A stretch of 60,366 nucleotides of DNA, filler included, from Hausera hauseri (Eukaryota): NCBI GenBank assembly GCA_046269625.1. It is 9 parts of 9 records of this genome, joined end to end, with 100 filler letters (N's around TTAATTAATTAA, not from the genome) between each part and the next. Parts side by side here need not be neighbours in the genome. Positions count along the whole stretch, not along the records: positions 51,900 to 55,999 come from JBJURY010762207.1; positions 56,100 to 60,366 come from JBJURY010667441.1; 7 more parts are not named here. The stretch is one strand, 5' to 3'. Positions 52,029-60,366 of this stretch are shown here, in pieces (the stretch's first letter is position 1; every line of letters begins with the position of its first letter). The notes beneath the pieces are model-generated. The model was not told the origin of the DNA and searched no databases. It saw nothing but the letters and a program-made list of their open reading frames with translations. The position numbers were made by a program, and so were the translations under genes.

Positions 52029-54013
52029 CTGTGGCTCGTTCAATTAAAATTAACACGTTTTAAGACTATTTTTTGTGAATTGAAACTATTTCTTCTATTA
52101 TTCAACAGCGTTATATTGTTCTACAAAACAAACATTGAAATTGTTTTTTTGTGTCTCATACAACATTATCCATGGAACCCTTCGATTTATGGATTATTAT
52201 CCAGCTCCTCTTTCATCTCTGCACAACAATTTTTCTTATTGATTCAACATACAGATCACTAATTGATGCATACTCTTATTGTCATACATGGTTTCTATAA
52301 TAATCAGTTAGATTTATAACATGACACCATTTCGCACTTGTTCAAGTTTCCCATATTAGTCTTTTAATGTTCGATTTCCGGGAAGTTTTGTCAAACTATA
52401 ATGTATTCATCTAATTAACTATCGCAAATTCTCGCGATAGAATTTTTTATTTCGGCCGAACATCAAGGATACATTATATATTGAATATGAAATGAATATT
52501 ATCACGAGAAAAGGAACGCAAATGCTGTCTAAATTAAACATAGTGAGGGGATTTGAAAAAGTGCGATTGGCAAAAATATTTTCACATTATTAATAAACAT
52601 TATATTTTTGACGATTTGTTATAAAATCTCTGTTTTACAGTACTTAAGTTTGGCTTGTAAATGTATAAAATTGAATAAGAAAATATTTTCTGTTTGCGCA
52701 TTAGTTAATAAGTTTTAGAAAAATTATTTCCACAGTAAAACAGTTTTCAGTCTGGCGTTTGATTTGATTTAAAATTTTCGATATTTTATTGTTTCCAAAG
52801 TGGTTCTTTTCGTCATATTCATCTATTTCTTTGAATTATTTTTTTATATGAGATGCTTTTTTGTGCATTATCGATTTACTTTACCAGAGTTTTTCAATTT
52901 AAGTTCGTTAACAGGTCATCGATAGTATTCTGTCAAAACTTTTCGGCACTTTCATGCAATTTTCTTATTGAACTATACATAAATGTCTTTTAGATGACAA
53001 TAATGTTGCAGAATTCGTCTGACGTTCTCTAAGATCTTTGTCAGAGAACATCGGTCGGGCAGATATTTCTACACGAACTAAACAATGTTTACTTATCTTT
53101 TTGAATCTCGTACACACAATATTAGCACGTTACAGAAAGAATGTTAAACAAATTCTGCAACATTATTGTCCTCAAAAAGACATGTCCCATGCAAGAACTT
53201 TTGTTTACATTTATTATCTGACATTTTATGACCGCTTTATTTTTTTGAATAGCTTTAACCTTCTTTTTCGTATGTTCTTAAATGTATGCTAGTGTAGTAA
53301 TTTTAACTGGCACACATGTTTTTCAATATGAAATAGTCAGAGAGGTACCATGAAAATACTTTTTATCAATAAAGCCAAAATAACGCAATTGGAGAATTTA
53401 AATGTACTAGCGTTTTGCATTTCTTCAAATTTCCGCCACTTACGTTTAGAATTTTTGATGACACCTTCTGTTTAATTTATTGGTTTCTTGAAATTCTGTG
53501 AATCTAAAATATATTTATCTAATCATCAATCGCTATTTGAGTATTTTTTATTTATAAATTGAACATGAAAAACTTGTAACTCGAGAAAATGTTGTCAAAG
53601 TTCCAAAACCCTAAACAGTGAACAGAGTATTGAACAAGTGCCGATATCACTGGCATTAATACATCCTCTTGTTTTTAAAGCACATTTTTTAACAATAATT
53701 AAAAAAATATTTTAATTTAAAGTTCCGCGTTGGAACGAATGCAGCCCAGACCGCTCGAAATATTGATGAAGTTTTGTAATTGATGTCGCTAAGTAACGCA
53801 CAAACTTTGGTTATAAAATCGAACATTTCATATTTAATGACCTAACAGATTTATCAAAATTACTATATTTTTCATTTCCTCCTTTTTTAAAACTATATAG
53901 CGGCATTGCGTTTTTCAATGTAGTACAATTATGTTTCAAATTAGGATAAATAAAACTCCGTAACCACCCCACGCCAATAAAAAACAAGCCAAATGATTTA
54001 TCTTCAACAAAAA

Positions 54014-54714
54014 CTAATCTCGTGCATCCTTGCACATGTCGGGCACGGTAACCTCGATGTTATCGATTTCCTCGGTCACTCGAATTTGACATCCCAATCT
54101 CGATCTGTGAGAAATTCACAATTTAATGAAATAACAACAGAAATGCACTGGAATGGAAAGTCATAAATTTGTTTAACATTATTTACAAGGTAAAAATGAC
54201 AGGAAAGAAAATTTCGGTGCATTTCCCTCCAAACCAAAATTCCAAAAATAAGTTTTAAACCAACGTGTCTGTTAATCCGTACGCCAAATCCAACATGTCC
54301 AACTCTTACGGAACGGGTTTATTCGGCAACTTATCGAAATCGGCCTGTCGGAAAATCAAATGGCATGTCGAACAAGACAACGTGCCGTCACAAGCGCCTG
54401 CAACGAAACACACCAACAAAAAATCCATTAGTAATAAAGATATAAAAATCTACCGAACCCATCGATATCGACCCGATTGTCCACGACGACGTCCAACAAC
54501 GACGTGCCAATTTTGGCGGGGACTGAATCAACGTTGCCATTTGGAAATCGGAAATTTACAGTGACACTGGATGAAATAATAATTTGGTTTGTAGAAAATT
54601 CGATAATTACCTTTTCCGGCTGGTGTTGCTGAATAATGATTTTCTGATTAACAAATCGGCTTTGTTTGATTGAGAAATAAGCCGAAGTGCAGTTTGTATT
54701 CGTGAGAAAAACAT
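54014..54714 (-). CDS. Mitochondrial adrenodoxin-type [2Fe-2S] ferredoxin (one in-frame TAA)
   Basis: Exons 54714-54611, 54566-54454, 54397-54265 and 54104-54014. Transit-like peptide MFFSRIQTALRL; GACDGTLSCSTCH; ELDMLDLAYGLTDTSRLGCQ. Confidence 0.9.
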
Positions 54715-56099
54715 CGGCTAATTCAAATAAGCGCATAATTAAAACAAACGTCATAAAATTTTACATTTCGTGTGTCCCTAAAAAGAGTTACATTATGCTG
54801 TATGATTACTTATAAAATATACAGTCTTTTAAGGGACATACTTTTGTGCTAAATTACACAAGTGAAGCTAATACGATTAAATTTATAAATTTCTTATGTA
54901 ACAGTTGATAAATAGGATTTATTTTCATATATTGTCATAAAAATATTTGAATTATTATTTGAAATACCATATTAATAATACTAATACTAACAGGGTTTAA
55001 TCATTACAGAAATAAATACATATGTCAATTTTGTCATTAAAGTGACCATTTACCTATATAGTGATAAATCTGATATTTAGAAATTTTGATGATACATAAT
55101 TAGCTTAATTAACCTTATTCAGAATGGAGTAATTCAGGAATAAAATATACAAAAACTCTATATTTGCGGAAAGGCATCTAAAATAATTCCAAAATATTAA
55201 TCGTGATTGTTGCATAATTGCATGTTTAATCAGTTTTCATAATCAAGACTGGATCAAATTTTTGCCAATTACATTTTAAACTGACTGACATTGATTTATT
55301 AGACAAATTACAATTTAACTAACCATTTCTAAATGAGACATCTGCGCTGAGGGTTCCTTTACTTTTATTTTACGACTCTTCAAATTCTCCACACTCAAAA
55401 AAGTTGTCACTTTAACATTACTCTTGCTGACAAAACAACTTCAAAATTTTGGTTTATTAATACAACTGTTTTACTCAATGAACCCGTAACCTGGAAAATT
55501 AATTTAGAACTAATAACTGTTTTTAGACGTCAGATCTCTATAAATATTTTATTTGGCATTTTTCGATCTAAATTACCTGGAAGTGTTTTGACTCTCAGTA
55601 TGTATCTACCTATAATACATTATCAGGACTTTGCTGTTAATAATCTTTCCACAATTACACCCTATAGTTTTTTAAAATTGTTAAGATTTTGAATAAAAGG
55701 AGTTTACAGAGTTTTATACAAAAGTGTACAAAATTATATCTATCAGCATGTGAAAACATCCTTGTTAACAGTCCAATAGTAAAGAAGACTTTGCTCGACA
55801 CTGTGGCATTTATCGAAAATTCAATTTTCGGTAGTGACTTCCATTATGCTCTACCCAACGTTTTTGCTGCACTTGTTACCAACATATCCCGAACTGTTCG
55901 GATGACCCTTTCTGCCAACCCTTTAGATTGATGTTGAAACGGACTGCTGAATATTTGTTTAATTCCGTATTCCTTGCAAAATTCTCCAAATTTGCTTCCN
56001 NNNNNNNNNNNNNNNNNNNNNNNNNNNNNNNNNNNNNNNNNNNTTAATTAATTAANNNNNNNNNNNNNNNNNNNNNNNNNNNNNNNNNNNNNNNNNNNN

Positions 56100-58685
56100 T
56101 CTCGAAGAAACAGGCATCATACGCCGCTCCACATCACCGTGGGCATCACCATTGCACATGGTTCCAAAAAAGGACGAATCATACCGGCCTCGTGGTGACT
56201 ATAGAATGTTAAATAACGTCACCATCCATGATTCATATTCAACACCGTTAGAAACAGACATATTGCATAGTCTAAATGGTGCAGCAATATTTAGTACAAT
56301 CAATCTGGAAAGGGCATATAACCAGATCCCAGTGGCTACCGAAGACATTCCAAGAACGGCCGTAATAACGCCTTTTGGTTTGTTCGAATACCTACGCATG
56401 CCTTTTGGCTTACGGAATGCAAGTCAAACATTGCAACGCCACATAGACCAAGTCCTCATCGACATGTCTTACGCAATCCCATATATGGATGATATATTGA
56501 TTGCATCACCCGATGAAGCGACTCACAAAATACATCTCAAACATGTGTTTCATACGTTGAATGAAAACTACCTACAGTTGAACATAAACAAATGTTCATT
56601 CTTTAAAACTAAAGCCGTATTTCTCGGACTTTGGTTAACACCAAATGGTCACAATCCATTTTCTGAGCGACTAGAGACCATCAAACAAATACCGAAGCCA
56701 TGCGCAGTGACTGGACTTCGCAGCTTCTTTGGCACAATCAACTCGTGCCATCGCTACATTCCGCATTGTTCGGAAATGATGTCATCTATATCTGCTCAAA
56801 GCCAAGGACCCAAGAAATCCCAGGTAAATTGGACAGATGAGGCTGAACAGACATTTTCCAGTGCAAAAATGGCGCTTTTACACCTACTTACACTACAGTA
56901 TCCTAAACGAGATGCATCGTTTATCTTAACAACAGATGCATCCACAATCGCTGCAGGCGCCATGCTTGCTCAATCAATAGATAGCAAAAATGCTCCCATT
57001 GAATTCTTTTCCCACAAATTCAATTCGGCTGAGCAACGCTATTCAACCTTTGACCGAGAATTACTAGCCATAATCCTCAGTGTCAAACACTTCCGACATT
57101 TCCTCGAAGGAAATGTGTTCACAATCCGTACGGATCACAAACCACTCATTCACATGATGAGTATGAAGAACCCATCCCCTCGTCAAGAGCGGCACATTTC
57201 ATTTCTATCAGAATTTTCATTCCAGATAGAACACATAACTGGAAAAGACAATACAGTTGCTGACTTCTTTTCCAGAACTGGGATATCGACAATATCCTTT
57301 GACCCCATTTTCACGGAAGAGGTTCTCCGATTGAACCCTCCACATGAAGACGATGTTAAGTTCTTCAAAACAGTCGACACAAAGGATGGAATACACTACA
57401 ATACCATACTCAATGGTTGTCCACGCCCAATTCTAGCAGCAAACCTACGGAAACAGGCGTTTGACACCATTCACAACATTTATCACCCTGGATCAAAAGC
57501 CACAGCTCGCATATTGAGCAGTAGAGTTTGTTGGCCTCGCATGCTGAGCGATACAAAGCAGTGGGCAAAAGAATGTTCACTTTGCCAACAATACAAAGTC
57601 AACAAGACTATACAACCCCCAATACTACACTATCCTACTGGCTGACGGTTTGAAACCATCCACATTGACATAGTAGGACCACTTCCCAAATGTAATGGAT
57701 ATCAGTATATCCTAACCATTCTGGACCGGAAAACAAAATGGCCTGAAGCCATTCCAATCCGCCCAATAACAACGCAAAGCGTTGTGGCTATATTGCTCAA
57801 CACATGGATTTTTCGGTTCGGAGTACCCAAAAACATTATAACAGACCAAGGTACCCAATTCGAGTCAGCCATGTTTAAGCAATTAACAAAATCGCTTGGT
57901 TCAAAGCATATTCACACATCGCCTTATCACCCGCAGGCGAATGGCTTGATTGAACTATTTCATCGTACACTCAAATCATCCCTACGTACATATGCCATGA
58001 AAACAAGAATTGGCTGGAAGCCTTACCCATCATGCTACTAGGATGGAGAAACACTCCGAACACTAGCACTCATGCCTCTCCGGCACAACTATTACTTGGT
58101 GCCCACCTTACGTTCCCACAAAATCTTGTAAGCAACGAGGAAGTAACTTCAATTCCTTCTCTCAACCAAGCCCGGAAGCATTTCCTGTCAATAGACACGA
58201 ACCCTGCATTCCACAACAATCACAAGAAACCAGTCATGCCCAAGAACCTACAAGACGCATCCTTTGTCTGGCTGAAAAACCAACAAAGACACGGTTTTGA
58301 ACCGTACTATACAAACCCCTACAAGCTCATAGAAATCACTGAGCACAAGGCCAAAATACTGCGCGTCAATGAGGAACATATTGTCCACTTGTCGAATGTA
58401 AAACCCGCATTTGGCTATCACGATTCCGATACCTAAGAGCCTATCGAACAAGACATACCCAGCATGTCAGAAGTAGACAAGCTTCGACAAAACTACGACA
58501 GAATTGATCCATTCAATATGGACATTACAGTAGCCTATAACCCAACCCCAATCCAAACGGAAACACATATTATCCCAACATCCGTACTTCCGAAAACGGA
58601 ACGTACAACTATACGCAATCAAACCCCTACCGCCCTGGTATCAAGACGCACCAGGAGTGCATCCAAGATACCCCGACTCCACTAA
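56100..58685 (+). mobile_element. Gypsy (related to family A) pol: RT-RNaseH-integrase and tail ORF
   Basis: 497-aa ORF with YMDD, LTTDAS, TFDRELLA, TDHKPL, HPG..C..C; then HIDIVGPLP, ITDQGTQFES, YHPQANG. One stop and one frameshift; no LTR identified. Confidence 0.93.
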
Positions 58686-58715
58686 AACCCTACAGGTTCG
58701 AAAGAAATAGTACCC

Positions 58716-58828
58716 GATTGCATGCAGCATGCACGTCGCATCAAAGTAGGTGGGGATTAAACCCACAGTGTTGAATCGACACTCCCTCATACCGCCTTTT
58801 ATACGCGACGGGCACACCACATACAACC
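58716..58828 (-). ncRNA. Putative structured RNA unit 1 (long closing stem, tRNA T-arm-like hairpin)
   Basis: Minus-strand stems GGTTGTATGTGGTGTGC/GCATGCTGCATGCAATC, CGTCGCGT/ATGCGACG, AGTGT/ACACT and GTGGG-TTTAATC-CCCAC. Confidence 0.45.
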
Positions 58829-59000
58829 AGGCGACTCATTAGAAGCTCGCTGAGAATCCGAACAATTTTCTATTCGACACGGTTAGAACCGTTGTCCCAC
58901 TACGAATTTGCATAACTCCTTTGCAATGCCATTGCGTCGCCAAGCGCTTAACACAAACCTATCCACACTGCCCACCTCGATACCACTCACTCAAATGCCT

Positions 59001-59114
59001 GGTTGCACGTGACGCAAGCGCTGCACCAAAACAGGTGGGGATCGAACCCACAGTGCCGATACTGGCACTCACTCATGCAGTTTTTCATGGGCGGCGGCTG
59101 CGCTCCATGCAACC
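59001..59114 (-). ncRNA. Putative structured RNA unit 2
   Basis: GGTTGCATG/CGTGCAACC, GAGCG/CGCTT, AGTGCC/GGCACT and GTGGG-TTCGATC-CCCAC (B-box-like). Confidence 0.45.
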
Positions 59115-60366
59115 ATGCAACATGCAAAATTAGATATTCTGTTCTAATATTTCGATCTTGTTACGATACTCGTCAAACATTTGGCAATAAAACATCCAAA
59201 TGTAATAAAGATTCGCACTTTCCATATGTTTACTCAGAATTGAGGCAAATATTAATTTCGGTTCTAATTTCAGAACCTGCTCAAGAAGGCCATGAATTCG
59301 TAAAATTTAACAGAAAGTGGAATGGGTTAAAAGTATTTATTTACCATCAAATTTTCTGGATCTTAGATGTCATTATTACAATAATAAAAAATATACTATC
59401 AAAACTATTAATCCACGTAAAACGACATCCAACCACTTAAATGTTAAAAATACATTATTTTTCGTGTTTACTTAATTGAACATACTTTCACGTAAACAAA
59501 GAATTGCAAAGAAAACAATTTCAACCAGCTCGGTCGAAACATCAAATAACATGCAATATAAAGGAAGAAGTTATTTGATATAGTATAGCCTCAATTTTAA
59601 TAATTTCAATTGTTCATGAAATGCTTTCAAAATTTGTGAAATAATTTACATAAAAATTTTAGACATTAATATATGCATGTTTTATCTTCTTATGTAGATC
59701 TTTCGACGACTGTGTTCTAAACCGCAAAACATTAGAAAGTATTAAAATTTTATTTATTATCGCTTTTCTGTGTGTAATATCCACAATGTAGTTCTATGTA
59801 AAAATATATAATTACACACAAGTGGTAATACAAGACTTTAATTTGCAGACAATTCAAAGAATTTATTTCGTTAATGTATCTTAAATACAGAAATCGTTTA
59901 CGTAATGTATACATGAAAAATAATAATTGTGAATCAAAATATTTATTAGTGCATCAAGACAATCTGTATATTTAAATTTCTTTCAAAATACTGATGTTGA
60001 AGAATGATGTTTGTTTAATGTCTTTTATCCAGATTATATCAGTTATGATCCATCGGGTAATTTTAAAAGTTATCTGTTTTCATTTGCTAATGCAAAGTTG
60101 CTGTTTCTTTTAAACTAAAACACAAATCAAAAATACGATGTGCAAACGGCAATTTATGCAATAACCCACCTTCAATGTCATAAATCTAACAATTTAACTG
60201 GGTCAAACAACGCGTTGTGTATATTTTTAGCAGCGATGAATTAAATTGCATTATATTAGATGAATTGAAAGTATCATTTCTAGTCAAAATTATTTGAAAT
60301 AAAAATTTCAATATTTTAATGACAGTTATTGTCTCATTTGTCTCTGCGGTACACAAAAAATAAGTC

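Noticed and set aside
58990-59120. Canonical tRNA gene or hammerhead ribozyme
   Set aside because: Only the T-arm is tRNA-like; there is no proper D-arm, anticodon or acceptor geometry, and no CUGANGA/GAAA core.

Overview
This is not one contiguous locus. It is a pseudo-scaffold of 9 eukaryotic contigs joined by an artificial 100-bp linker (44 N + TTAATTAATTAA + 44 N): 1-9308, 9409-15024, 15125-19489, 19590-26903, 27004-34785, 34886-39156, 39257-51799, 51900-55999 and 56100-60366. Most contigs look like a compact, AT-rich invertebrate genome with introns of about 40-55 bp. They carry a VSP/TPTE fragment, a URB1-like fragment, a double-RING gene, a protocadherin and an adrenodoxin, among decayed Gypsy LTR retrotransposons and a mariner. 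One contig starts with a vertebrate-type MID1 last exon, and another (long introns, LINEs, tandem kinase gene) looks like a different, larger genome. The most interesting signals are retrotransposon accessory modules. (1) A CHCC-type Gypsy family has a Gag that begins with a ~77-aa ubiquitin-like domain ending in HFRIRGG, conserved in two diverged copies. (2) A second Gypsy family carries a RING-finger ORF in the env position just before the PPT/3' LTR in two copies; one copy also has a DEDDh-exonuclease-like domain in the same frame. (3) An intronless saposin-PP1 chimera headed by an LTR start is inserted, with a target duplication, into a Gypsy RT. (4) Two ~113-nt antisense structured RNA-like units with tRNA T-arm/B-box motifs lie in a Gypsy 3' region. 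All identifications are by eye from motifs; no searches were run.
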